Positions 30,205-39,717 of a stretch of DNA of 64,000 nucleotides are shown here, piece by piece. The notes beneath the pieces are model-generated. The model saw only the letters and a program-made list of their open reading frames with translations, had not been told where the DNA came from and did no database searches. Origin of the DNA: Candidatus Woesearchaeota archaeon (GTDB lineage: Archaea; Nanobdellota; Nanobdellia; Woesearchaeales; JAGVYF01); assembly GCA_018303425.1 (NCBI GenBank), contig JAGVYF010000003.1, forward strand, positions 5,150 through 69,149, written 5' to 3'. The position numbers and the translations under genes are program-made. How positions within the stretch are numbered: the stretch's first letter is position 1; every line of letters starts with the position of its first letter.

Positions 30205-31860
30205 ATGCTTAATCAGATAAGGTATGATATAAAAAATATCAACAGGTTTAAACAAATTTTGTCAGTATTTTTTGCAGAAGGTTTTGGGTATTTAATTGAT
30301 GAAACTCCATTAAAAACATATATTCCTTATCACGAAAGAATTAAAAAAACAATTTTAAAAGATAGTGAGAATTCATTTCCAATAAGAATACGAAAAGCAT
30401 TTGAGAAATTAGGTCCAACATTTATCAAACTCGGCCAAATCTTAAGTTTAAGGCCAGATTTAATTCCTCCAGAATATGTCATAGAATTTGAAAAAATGCT
30501 TGATAAAGTTCCAACTTTCTCAGGTAAAGCGGCTATAAAGATAATTGAAACTGAATTAAAAAAACCCATTAAAGAAATTTTTTTATCATTTGATGAAACC
30601 CCATTTGCTTCTGCATCCCTTGCGCAAGTGCATAGAGCTGTGCTTTTTAATAAAAAAGAGGTTGCTGTTAAAGTCCAACGTCCCGGTATTGAAGAGATCA
30701 TGAAAAATGATTTAGAAATAATGAAATATATAGCAAGAATTCTTGATAAACATTTCAAAAAATATAATTTTCATATTACAACTATAATCACTGAATTTTC
30801 TCGCTGGACTGAATCAGAATTAAATTTTTACGTAGAAGCGATTAATGCCGAAAGATTTAGGGAAAATTTCAAAAATAGTAAATTAGTTTATATCCCTGAA
30901 ATCTATAAAAAATATACAACCCCTAAAGTTTTAACAAGCGAATTATTAAAAGGTATAAAACTAAATGATATAAATAATCCTAAATACAAAAATATAGACA
31001 AAACAAAGATAATTAATAATGGATTTGAAGCATTAATACTGCAAGTTTTTAAATACGGATTTTTTCATGCAGACCCGCATCCCGGAAATTTTGTAGTATT
31101 AAAAGATAATAGATTGGGAATTGTAGATTTTGGGATAGTGGGTGAGTTTGATAAAAGATTAAAACATAAAACTTTAAAAATCTATAATGCCATCATAAAT
31201 CAAGATTTAAAAAATATTGCCTCCGGAATTCTCTCGTTAGACCCTCGAAATAATCAAATTGACATAAATGAATTTGAAAGAGATTTACGTTATGTGATTT
31301 TTCCTATGCAACTGGACTCATTGAATCATACTCAAATAACTGGATCAATATTAAATATATTAAATATTGCGATGAAACATCAGTTAAAAATACCAATAGA
31401 TTTCGTATTATTTGGAAAAACCTTAATGACCATTGAAGGAATTGCAGTTAAATTTGCTCCGGATTTTAAAATAAAAAAAGAAAGTGTAAGGATAATAAAC
31501 AAACTATTGCATAATAATAATTGGCCTAAAAAAATTATAGAAGAAATCAAAAACCATTCTTTTGACCTCGTTGAAATGGAAGATGGGTTGCCCGATTATA
31601 CCAGAGATGTGCTTGAACGTTTAAGATCAGGTAAAATCAATGTTGACCTTGAAAATAATAATGTTGAAAGTTTTGTTAATGAATTCGAAAAATTTTCAGG
31701 AAATCTGTCTTTTGGCATAATTATTGGGGCATTAGTTATTGGTTCATCACTAGTTTTTACATTAGAAGCCTTCAGATATTTAGCAGTAATAGGATACTCA
31801 TTATCGCTGATTTTAAGCATGTGGCTAATTAAACGAACAATCTTTACCGGTAATGAATAA
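30205..31860 (+). CDS. ABC1/UbiB family atypical kinase
   Basis: ASASLAQVHRA, EVAVKVQRPG and HADPHPGN motifs. C-terminal TM helix. Confidence 0.7.
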   Translation: MLNQIRYDIKNINRFKQILSVFFAEGFGYLIDETPLKTYIPYHERIKKTILKDSENSFPIRIRKAFEKLGPTFIKLGQILSLRPDLIPPEYVIEFEKMLDKVPTFSGKAAIKIIETELKKPIKEIFLSFDETPFASASLAQVHRAVLFNKKEVAVKVQRPGIEEIMKNDLEIMKYIARILDKHFKKYNFHITTIITEFSRWTESELNFYVEAINAERFRENFKNSKLVYIPEIYKKYTTPKVLTSELLKGIKLNDINNPKYKNIDKTKIINNGFEALILQVFKYGFFHADPHPGNFVVLKDNRLGIVDFGIVGEFDKRLKHKTLKIYNAIINQDLKNIASGILSLDPRNNQIDINEFERDLRYVIFPMQLDSLNHTQITGSILNILNIAMKHQLKIPIDFVLFGKTLMTIEGIAVKFAPDFKIKKESVRIINKLLHNNNWPKKIIEEIKNHSFDLVEMEDGLPDYTRDVLERLRSGKINVDLENNNVESFVNEFEKFSGNLSFGIIIGALVIGSSLVFTLEAFRYLAVIGYSLSLILSMWLIKRTIFTGNE

Positions 31861-31914
31861 AAAGAAAGTTTTAAAAATATAAAAATAAATATACTCTAAA
31901 AGAGGTGAATTCAT

Positions 31915-32247
31915 ATGATGAAAAGGAGAATAAAAAGAGCATTTAGACTACTTCTTAGTCTTACTAAAAGAGAATCCCGCAGAATTGCCCAAAGCAAAGA
32001 AGCAAAAGAATTAATGAGCGAATTTAGAGAAGGTGCAAAATTAGGAGAAGCTAAACTTGCTAAAGGAGTTAGAAGTGCCAGAATAAAAGGAATGGCTCTT
32101 TCAAAGAAAGTTATAAAAAAAGCCAAATCTGTAGGTAGAACAATAAAACATAAAGCTGTTGTTAAAAAAACAAATAAGCGAAAAGCTATAAAACATACCG
32201 TAAAAAGAAAAATTGCACAAAAAAAATCTAAAAAGAGAAGAAGATAA
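31915..32247 (+). CDS. Small highly basic (Lys/Arg-rich) protein, possible nucleic-acid binding
   Basis: 110 aa, about 35% K+R. A strong SD (AGAGGTGA) lies 8 nt upstream. The antisense ORF 31911..32273 is rejected. Confidence 0.4.
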   Translation: MMKRRIKRAFRLLLSLTKRESRRIAQSKEAKELMSEFREGAKLGEAKLAKGVRSARIKGMALSKKVIKKAKSVGRTIKHKAVVKKTNKRKAIKHTVKRKIAQKKSKKRRR

Positions 32248-32302
32248 ACTGAAAAACCAAGTTTAGTGAACAATAATCTTTATTTAGATTTTCATATTAT
32301 TT

Positions 32303-33148
32303 TTGATTATGCTAGATTATAATAAAGTTATTAATATAATTAAAAATCATAATTTTAATAAAACCAATTTAACAGTAAGTCATATCATTCCCGATAACCA
32401 GACATACCCATTATGTTTTATTGATGGAGGAAATTCTGAGATTATTTCTAGCCCAAAACTTTCATTACAAGCAATAAAGATTGTGGCAATAATATTAAAA
32501 GAAAATAAGATAAATAAGATTATTATTAAAAAGGAATTGGTTTTAATTAAAGCAAATAACTCAGGATATGAAATAGAAATCATCAACAAACAAAAATTTA
32601 ACATTGTTTTATGCAAAAACATTCATGAAGTGGGAAATATAATTAGAAATGCCCTGGAACTAAAAATGTATACGCAAATGCAAGGCATATTTAATGGTTT
32701 AATTATTAAAGACGGTGGATTTGAAGCATTTACTGAACTCGAGAGAAAAGAAATTAATGGATTAAATACGTTTTGTGGCCTTTCCAAAACTTCTGAAAAC
32801 AAAGATAACTCTCTATTTAATTCAATATCTGGATGTTGGTACTTGGAAAAAGAAAAATATTATATTACAAAATTAAATTCTCATTCTAGTTATTCTTTCA
32901 AGCTTGAACTTAAAAATTTAGAAATTAACAGAGTAATACAAAAATTGATATCTAATTCTAAAGATTATATTTACCCCGGTTATCCATACGGATTAATGCT
33001 TGTTGACAGATTGGCGCGAGTAAGTAATCAGGAAATTTTAAATTTGAAAGTGTATTTAGAAACAAAATTAGGTAAAGATTGGGAAAAAATTAAATTTTTA
33101 GAAAATTCAATCAATGCCCATCAGCTCCTTGATAATCTAGTTTTCTAG
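32303..33148 (+). CDS. Hypothetical protein, possible NurA-like (RNase H-fold) nuclease
   Basis: CFIDGGNSEI resembles NurA motif I (IDGS). GYPYGLMLVDRLARV resembles the NurA C-terminal Y-x-AD-x-AR block. Weak. Confidence 0.3.
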   Translation: MIMLDYNKVINIIKNHNFNKTNLTVSHIIPDNQTYPLCFIDGGNSEIISSPKLSLQAIKIVAIILKENKINKIIIKKELVLIKANNSGYEIEIINKQKFNIVLCKNIHEVGNIIRNALELKMYTQMQGIFNGLIIKDGGFEAFTELERKEINGLNTFCGLSKTSENKDNSLFNSISGCWYLEKEKYYITKLNSHSSYSFKLELKNLEINRVIQKLISNSKDYIYPGYPYGLMLVDRLARVSNQEILNLKVYLETKLGKDWEKIKFLENSINAHQLLDNLVF

Positions 33149-33243
33149 CATATTTATGAAAACATATATAAATGAGTAAATCTAATAAATAATTGTAGTA
33201 ATACATTTATTACTATTTTTAAAAAAAAGGAGGTAAGATATAA

Positions 33244-33600
33244 ATGGCCAAAAAAAGTCGCGCAAGTAACAAACCCGGGAGATATTCATTCTTAGCTGGA
33301 ATTTTAATCGCTGTAATTGCAGGATTATTTTCTGACATCATCAGAGTGGAAACTGCAACATTCATACTAGCGGTTTTAGGTTTAGTTGTAGGGTTCTTAA
33401 ACGTCACTGCTAAAGAAGTTACAGAATTTTTGGTAGCTGCTATCGCTCTGTTATTGGCAGGCGTTGCAAATGTAACTGTTAGTTTAATTCCAGTCATTGG
33501 AAGTTACTTACAAGCAATTTTAGTAAACATTACAACATTTAGCGCATTTGCTGCATTAATAGTAGCTATTAAATCAGTAGTTATGTTAGCAGAAGAATAA
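33244..33600 (+). CDS. Small membrane protein (3-4 TM)
   Basis: Strong SD AAAGGAGG 7 nt upstream. The antisense ORF 33219..33497 is rejected. Confidence 0.45.
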   Translation: MAKKSRASNKPGRYSFLAGILIAVIAGLFSDIIRVETATFILAVLGLVVGFLNVTAKEVTEFLVAAIALLLAGVANVTVSLIPVIGSYLQAILVNITTFSAFAALIVAIKSVVMLAEE

Positions 33601-33807
33601 TTATTCAAATTTTATTTCTTTTTTTATTTTTTTGTATCTATCAATATAATTTCATTCAAAATAGATAACTTTTTAAATGATTTTCTTATCCCAATACTAA
33701 TTAAACTAATACAAAACTAAGCCCCTATAATATAGTCCCCAACTTTTAATAAAGCTTGACTAAAACAAAGCGACCTAAAACAAATTTAAGTCACTAAAAC
33801 AAACTAC

Positions 33808-33893
33808 GCCTCTGTAGCATAGCAGCTATTGCGTCGGCCTTGTAATATACACAAGAAAGCCGAAGGTCGAGGGTGCAATTCCCTTCAGAGGCT
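33808..33893 (+). tRNA. tRNA-Thr (TGT) with a 13-nt canonical intron
   Basis: Acceptor GCCTCTG/CAGAGGC. Anticodon stem TCGGC/GCCGA with loop CTTGTA[ATATACACAAGAA]A. T-arm GAGGG-TGCAATT-CCCTT. Confidence 0.7.
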
Positions 33894-33932
33894 TTATACA
33901 TTTTTAATCAAAAAGACGAAGAAAGGTTTAAA

Positions 33933-34313
33933 ATGACCATACATCCTTTAAAAAAAGAGTTATCACAAGAAGCTTGGAAAAAAGCAGAAGAAATAGAAAT
34001 ATTAATTAATGCACAATTAAACCCAATATGTAGAAAGATTCAACATTACAAATCAAGAAGAGAAAATATAGAACCGGACATATACACTAAATTCTATTTC
34101 TGTATCAATTGGAGTTATAAAACAAAATATCATTCTTTTATAGGACGCCTCGATACAAAAATACATGATTTAGAAACAAAATTAGATAAAACTTATCAAA
34201 AATTACTTGATAAACATGGACCAGCCTTATCTAATTCACTAGCTTGCATCCTCGGTATTTTTGATAATTACCCGCCAGCAGGTTTAAAAAATGAATCTTA
34301 TACAATTAATTAA
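33933..34313 (+). CDS. Hypothetical protein
   Basis: The ORF-track start at 33873 overlaps tRNA-Thr. The start is moved to MTIHPLKK, which has a GAAAGG SD. Confidence 0.35.
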   Translation: MTIHPLKKELSQEAWKKAEEIEILINAQLNPICRKIQHYKSRRENIEPDIYTKFYFCINWSYKTKYHSFIGRLDTKIHDLETKLDKTYQKLLDKHGPALSNSLACILGIFDNYPPAGLKNESYTIN

Positions 34314-34370
34314 TTCTCTATTACAACAATCTATTTAAGCAAAAACTTCCTAAAAAATGAGGGTGATAAT

Positions 34371-35003
34371 ATGAAAATTGTATTCCTCGGGTCTCCGGGA
34401 GTAGGTAAAGGGACATACGCAGACATTCTTTCAAGATATTATAAGATTCCACACATATCAACTGGAAACATATTTCGAGCAATGAAACATGATAACTCTG
34501 AACTAGGCAAAAAAGTAAAAGCGCTCATAGAGGCAGGACAATTTGTTGATGATAAAACTACCTTAAAAGTAATAGATGATAGGCTTTCAAATCCGGATTG
34601 CAAAAACGGATACATTTTAGACGGTTTTCCTAGAACTTTATATCAAGCAAAACATTTTATTAATATTGATACGGTGCTAAATTTTGACGCAAATGAAAAA
34701 AGAATTATTGAACGCTTATCTGGCAGAAGAACTTGCCTAAACAAATCATGTCAAGCAATATACCATATAAAAAATAATCCGCCAAAAATAAAAGATACTT
34801 GCGACAGATGTGGTGGTAGTTTAGTGCAAAGAAAAGATGAACGACCAGAAATTATTAAAGAAAGGTTAAGAATTTATGAAGAAAAAACTAAGCCTTTAAT
34901 CACTTTTTATAAACCTAAAAATAAATTGCATGAAATTAATGCAAATGGGAAAATTCCGGAAATTATTGAAGAATGTAAAAAAGTTCTCGACTTATTCAAA
35001 TAA
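34371..35003 (+). CDS. adk: Adenylate kinase, long form with Zn-binding lid
   Basis: P-loop GSPGVGKGT. Lid cysteines CLNKSC...CDRCGG. Confidence 0.85.
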   Translation: MKIVFLGSPGVGKGTYADILSRYYKIPHISTGNIFRAMKHDNSELGKKVKALIEAGQFVDDKTTLKVIDDRLSNPDCKNGYILDGFPRTLYQAKHFINIDTVLNFDANEKRIIERLSGRRTCLNKSCQAIYHIKNNPPKIKDTCDRCGGSLVQRKDERPEIIKERLRIYEEKTKPLITFYKPKNKLHEINANGKIPEIIEECKKVLDLFK

Positions 35004-35933
35004 TTGACGGACAACTTCAGTCGCATAACTTCCTTTGCCTAATTGAAAATTTAAATTTAGAGTTTTTCCTTTTTGTTCCATATTAAACTCCTTAATATCC
35101 ATATAAATCTTACGATTATCACCTTCAGCACTTAAATCTGGCAAAGCCCGAACAATAAAATCTCTAAAATTTAATCTGTCAACCTTCATTATCCGATTAA
35201 CAATTTCCTTAAGCTCCAAATTTTCAATATTTAAACCAAACCCTATCATCGGAACTTCAATATTTTCCCCCGGTTGATTATTTTTCAAATAAGATTTAAC
35301 GGTTTCATTCCACATATAAGATTGATAAGAATTCACATAAAGTTTTAATAACTTTTTAGGCATTAATTTTAAAGCATTGACAAAATCATTGGGCTTTTTG
35401 TCTAAATATGCTTCCAATTTTCTAAAATAAAAAGAATCACTTTTTTCAATCAATTGTACAGCAATATTAAAATCACTTTTTATAAGAGATTTCCCAATTG
35501 CTATATTATAATCGGAAAACCTTTGTTCACCAAAATAATTAATAAAATTATTTTTCTTAACTGCTTTCCGGATTACATTTCTTAAAACAATTTTAAACTT
35601 ATTTCCATCAAGTTCTCCTAAATGTAATGGTTCATCTCTATAACCAAAAAACCTTAAGTCTATATCTTTAAACTTTAATTTTTCAATTTGTACCCTGTTT
35701 TTACCTTTTATAGAAATTAATTGTGTAGTAATGGCAACCTTGTCTTTAGTTCCGGCAAAATTGATAAATTTAGGCTGAGTATGCAACGCTTTTGCGATAT
35801 ATTCTATGGCTTGCAACGTATTAAGATTTGTTTTCTTTAACCAAAAACATATAAACTTTCCATCTTTAGAAGGTTCAACATTTGTAACTTCTTCAACTAC
35901 AAAATCCTCCGGCTTTTCTTTAATTGTATACAT
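34992..35933 (-). CDS. truD: tRNA pseudouridine synthase TruD family
   Basis: The N-terminal PEDFVVEE...FAGTKDKVAITTQ matches the TruD signature around the catalytic Asp. Confidence 0.6.
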   Translation of the reverse strand: MYTIKEKPEDFVVEEVTNVEPSKDGKFICFWLKKTNLNTLQAIEYIAKALHTQPKFINFAGTKDKVAITTQLISIKGKNRVQIEKLKFKDIDLRFFGYRDEPLHLGELDGNKFKIVLRNVIRKAVKKNNFINYFGEQRFSDYNIAIGKSLIKSDFNIAVQLIEKSDSFYFRKLEAYLDKKPNDFVNALKLMPKKLLKLYVNSYQSYMWNETVKSYLKNNQPGENIEVPMIGFGLNIENLELKEIVNRIMKVDRLNFRDFIVRALPDLSAEGDNRKIYMDIKEFNMEQKGKTLNLNFQLGKGSYATEVVRQLFE

Positions 35934-35986
35934 ATATATTGAGTTATCTATAAATCTTTATAAAGCTTCCATAAAATTATAAGTGC

Positions 35987-37078
35987 ATGATATCAATTAT
36001 AGGTGGCGGACCGGCTGGAGCATATTCAGCTTATTTACTTTCTAAAGAAGGCTTTGATGTTGACATTTATGAAGAACATGATACTATTGGTCAGCCAGTC
36101 CAATGCACAGGCATAGTAACTTCTGCTATAAAAGACATTTTACATATTAAACCAGATATAATTGTTAATAAGATTAAAACTTTAAAAATCATTAGTCCTG
36201 AGCAAAAAAGATTAGAAATTAAATTAAAACAACCAGACCTTATCTTAAACAGAACAAAATTTGATCAATATTTAATTGAAAAAGCAATTGAAACCGGCGC
36301 AGGAGTATTTCATAACCACAGATTAACTGGAATAGAAAATAAGAAATTAAAATTTTCAATTAACGGCGAAACTAAATATGTGACTCAAAATAAATATATT
36401 GTCGGCGCTGACGGACCTTTATCAGTTGTTGGCAAAAGTATGGGTTCCGGCATCAAAAATTTTTTTATAGGTTCACAAGCAATAATAGAAGGTAATTTTG
36501 AAAAAGATATAGTTGAAACTTTCTTGTTCAAACAAGGTTTTGGATGGGTAGTTCCGGAAAATGAAAAAATTGCAAGAGTGGGAATATTTAGTTATAAAGA
36601 AAGTGGAACGAAACTAGATCACTTGTTAAAAACAAGTTATAACAATGCCAAAATAATCGAAAGACAAGGCGGTTTAATTCCAGTATATGATCCATCACTT
36701 AAAACTTATCAAACCAATACATATCTTATAGGAGATGCGGCAGGCATGATAAAAGCTACTACAGGCGGAGGCATTGTCCCTTCATTGCAAGCAGCAGAAC
36801 AACTTACAAAAAGCATCAAAACAAAACAAAATTATGAAACTTTATGGAAACATAAACTTGGTAAGTCATTAAACTTGCATCTTTGGACAAGAAAAATTTT
36901 AGACAGGTTAAATAATAACTCATTAAACAAACTGGTAAGTCTTTCAAATCAAGATAAAATCCAAGATATCCTTGGCACGCATAACAGAGACCAAATATTA
37001 CAGATGAGTCTTAAAATGTTATCAAAAGAACCTAGATACTTCTTGTTCTTAAAAGATATTTTAATTAATAATTCTTAA
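35987..37078 (+). CDS. Geranylgeranyl reductase family flavoprotein (digeranylgeranylglycerophospholipid reductase-like)
   Basis: FAD fold IIGGGPAGAYSAYLL...DIYE. GDAAG-like LIGDAAGMI. Confidence 0.7.
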   Translation: MISIIGGGPAGAYSAYLLSKEGFDVDIYEEHDTIGQPVQCTGIVTSAIKDILHIKPDIIVNKIKTLKIISPEQKRLEIKLKQPDLILNRTKFDQYLIEKAIETGAGVFHNHRLTGIENKKLKFSINGETKYVTQNKYIVGADGPLSVVGKSMGSGIKNFFIGSQAIIEGNFEKDIVETFLFKQGFGWVVPENEKIARVGIFSYKESGTKLDHLLKTSYNNAKIIERQGGLIPVYDPSLKTYQTNTYLIGDAAGMIKATTGGGIVPSLQAAEQLTKSIKTKQNYETLWKHKLGKSLNLHLWTRKILDRLNNNSLNKLVSLSNQDKIQDILGTHNRDQILQMSLKMLSKEPRYFLFLKDILINNS

Positions 37079-37182
37079 TACATCTAAACATAATTAATTG
37101 ACAATGAAACTACTCCGGATGAACCCACAAATACGAAAGATATATAAGGTTAAATATCTAAATATTAAAAAAGGTGGAGTAT

Positions 37183-37926
37183 ATGAACATTAAAGATATT
37201 ACAATTCTGACAACATTATTATTAATTTTTTCAAATTTGGTAATTGCAGCTGAAGATATTACCGGCGAAGCAACTTATGGAACAATTGAATTTAGCAAAC
37301 ACTGGGAAAAATTATCAGCTGTTGAGCCAACAAAATTCCTTGCTAATAATGAAGAATTTAACATTAGAGAGATTTGGATTAATGTCAATACAGAAACTGA
37401 AAATTCCGTATTCAAACTTATAAAACTACCCTACAGACCTGTAACAACCCCAATACTGAATACAGAAAGCTATCAATTTTATGAATTCAAAACATCTAAT
37501 ATTTTAAAAAGCAATACTAGAACGTCAAAAATAATATTTAGAGTTAAAAAAGAATGGGTTGAAAATAATTCTATTGATGAAGATAATATAAGATTAAATG
37601 TTTTCAAAGACATTGATTGGATAAAATTATCTACAAAAAAAAGAATCTCAATAAATGAAGAATTTTATGAATTTGAATCTGATGTCAATGAATTTTTGCA
37701 ATATTATGCAATTTCAGCTCCAAAAAAAGTATTTTATGATGAAAAAACAACTTCTGAAAACCCTGAAACTATTAAAAAAACAGAAACCATATCTGAAAAA
37801 CCCGCGAAATTAGAAACCTTCGATAAGGCAGGCTGGATAATATCATTTCTGCTTTTGTTAACATTGATTTATATTTTTTACCAAAAAAACAATAAAATCA
37901 ATCATCAAAAACATAAACTTAACTAA
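37183..37926 (+). CDS. Secreted protein with N-terminal signal peptide and C-terminal TM anchor
   Basis: SD AAGGTGGA precedes the ATG. The N-terminal hydrophobic segment ends in AAEDI. The C-terminus WIISFLLLLTLIYIFY is followed by basic residues. Confidence 0.45.
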   Translation: MNIKDITILTTLLLIFSNLVIAAEDITGEATYGTIEFSKHWEKLSAVEPTKFLANNEEFNIREIWINVNTETENSVFKLIKLPYRPVTTPILNTESYQFYEFKTSNILKSNTRTSKIIFRVKKEWVENNSIDEDNIRLNVFKDIDWIKLSTKKRISINEEFYEFESDVNEFLQYYAISAPKKVFYDEKTTSENPETIKKTETISEKPAKLETFDKAGWIISFLLLLTLIYIFYQKNNKINHQKHKLN

Positions 37927-38030
37927 ACCGCATTAATGTTACTTTTGTATCTGCGCAGCGGCACATTACTAAATTTATTACTACCGTAACATAATTACGG
38001 TTTAGAACACTACTATAACATAATTAATGT
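37917..38030. repeat. Repeat family D element with internal IR (CGCATTAATGTTAC ... GTAACATAATTAATG) and ACCGTAA-CATAA-TTACGGT hairpin
   Basis: Its 5' 47 nt recur at 51051..51097 (AACTAAACCGCATTAATGTTACTTTTGTATCTG). Confidence 0.4.
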
Positions 38031-38113
38031 TTAAAAAAATCAAGACCACCGAAAGCCTTATATAATTTCTTAGAATAGATAGGTATAATAGTTAGACTGT
38101 TAAAGGTGAAAGA

Positions 38114-38665
38114 TTGAACCACGAACAACTTCTAAAAAAACATGATTTTAAGCAAGAAAAAGCTAATGCTAATTATTTAGATGAACCCGATTTAGCTTTC
38201 CCACAATCTATTAAAAGATACAAATTAGTTTTAGAATCTTATGGAATGAGTATAGAAGAACCATACTTTTGGATTCTGAACATGCTACGTGAAGGAATGC
38301 AATACGTTGATATTATAAAACTTAAAGATGTGTTCACAGCAACAGAAACTTCGTCATTCTTTGGTTTAACAGGCACAAGATTAGAAAGACAGCAAACTCT
38401 TGCAATGCAATATCTTGCGCAGATTGGCAAATTCATAAAAGAACTTTTTGGTATGATTCGCGAATTAAAAACAATTGATTTAAGGCTTGAAATGTATACC
38501 GAAAGCAACAAAAAATTTAGAAATAACGAAAAAGATAAAATCGAAAATAAAAATTTAAACAGGTCTGAAAGCCAATCTGCAGAAATCGCGTTAAAAAACT
38601 TATGGATAGAATTAGTAGAAGGCGGCGCTAAAAATTCAAATTCAGTTTTTGGATTAATGTGTTAA
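38114..38665 (+). CDS. Hypothetical protein (TTG start)
   Basis: SD AAAGGTGA lies 5 nt upstream of the TTG. 183 aa. Overlaps the next ORF by 7 nt. Confidence 0.35.
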   Translation: MNHEQLLKKHDFKQEKANANYLDEPDLAFPQSIKRYKLVLESYGMSIEEPYFWILNMLREGMQYVDIIKLKDVFTATETSSFFGLTGTRLERQQTLAMQYLAQIGKFIKELFGMIRELKTIDLRLEMYTESNKKFRNNEKDKIENKNLNRSESQSAEIALKNLWIELVEGGAKNSNSVFGLMC

Positions 38666-39504
38666 AATCAAAACTTTATTCTTATTTTTCATGGAAAGAA
38701 AAAAGTTATTATGAATATGTAAACCGAAGAAAATTCATGATAAAATATTTAAGACAACATTATGAAATAATCAGAACATACATGAACTGGGTTCGTCCTT
38801 ATTTAACACAGGCAAAAAGATTAAGTTCAGATTTAGAAAGAATAAAAAGTCCGGATTTAGTCGGTGCTTTTGAACAGTCAATGATTGAAGTTGAGTTCCT
38901 TGCAAAGAAAAAAGGCGCCCCGCATAATCGGTGTATACTTGTCCATTTCCTTTACAAAACAAGGCCCGCTTTAGAGTTTCATAAAGAAAATTATCAACAT
39001 AAAGGAGCTATCCATGTTGGAAGAGTTGAAGTAAGTTTTAGGGGTTATACGTGGAAAAATGAAGAAATTGATGCATTTAAGAAATTAAGGGAAGATGAAG
39101 ATTTTGAATTATTAGGTTCAGTTGATACTTCAATCAGCGCTGCAATGGAAGTGCTTAAAGATGATTTAAAAGCTTATTTAAAAGAGGCGGGGCTTGAAAC
39201 ATTCAAAGAAGACGAAAAAACTGCAAAAGAGAAAGAAGAGGATAAACCTAAACCCCCCAGACAATCATTGTTTGAACCATTTACAGAACTCGCTAAAGCA
39301 ACAATATCGCCACTCAAAATGATGGGCGAAGGTTTTGCTGAAATGGTTGGAATAGACCTTTCAAGAAAAGTAGAAAAAGCTAAACCTAAAAAAGAAGTTG
39401 ATGCAGAAAAAACAGACAAAAGTAAAGCCGAAAAAGATGTTCAGATGACACTTTACCTACTTTTCAACTTATACAAAAAGGCCCATGGAATGGCCTCATT
39501 CTAA
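38659..39504 (+). CDS. Hypothetical protein with Lys/Glu-rich C-terminal tail
   Basis: 281 aa with no recognisable motif. Coupled to the upstream ORF. Confidence 0.35.
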   Translation: MLKSKLYSYFSWKEKSYYEYVNRRKFMIKYLRQHYEIIRTYMNWVRPYLTQAKRLSSDLERIKSPDLVGAFEQSMIEVEFLAKKKGAPHNRCILVHFLYKTRPALEFHKENYQHKGAIHVGRVEVSFRGYTWKNEEIDAFKKLREDEDFELLGSVDTSISAAMEVLKDDLKAYLKEAGLETFKEDEKTAKEKEEDKPKPPRQSLFEPFTELAKATISPLKMMGEGFAEMVGIDLSRKVEKAKPKKEVDAEKTDKSKAEKDVQMTLYLLFNLYKKAHGMASF

Positions 39505-39526
39505 ACCAATAGAAAATCAATTACAA

Positions 39527-39640
39527 GAAAGTTAGCTTCACTCCTATGAGAGCTAACCATTTTGTTTATTCAACAAATATAGTTTGTCTTTTGCCATAGA
39601 TGAATAGCTTAACAGAAGCTAATTTTTGATAAACCGGCTT
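39527..39640. repeat. MITE-like repeat family A, copy 2
   Basis: GAAAGTTAGCTTCAC ... GAAGCTAATTTTTGATAAACCGGCTTTCTAA. About 75% identical to the copy at 13412..13530. Confidence 0.5.
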
Positions 39641-39717
39641 TCTAAATATTATTCTATGTAGTATCAGGACATTATTCTAAGCAAATTTTATATAGTCCAA
39701 ATAGAAGATATAACTAA

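Noticed and set aside
31911-32273. 120-aa minus-strand hydrophobic ORF
   Set aside because: It overlaps the plus-strand basic-protein ORF. The plus-strand ORF has a strong Shine-Dalgarno and a coherent Lys/Arg-rich composition. The minus ORF is the usual Phe/Leu-rich antisense translation of AAG/AAA codons.
33873-33932. Upstream extension of the 33873..34313 ORF
   Set aside because: It would overlap the 3' half of tRNA-Thr. An internal ATG at 33933 with a GAAAGG SD gives a non-overlapping gene.
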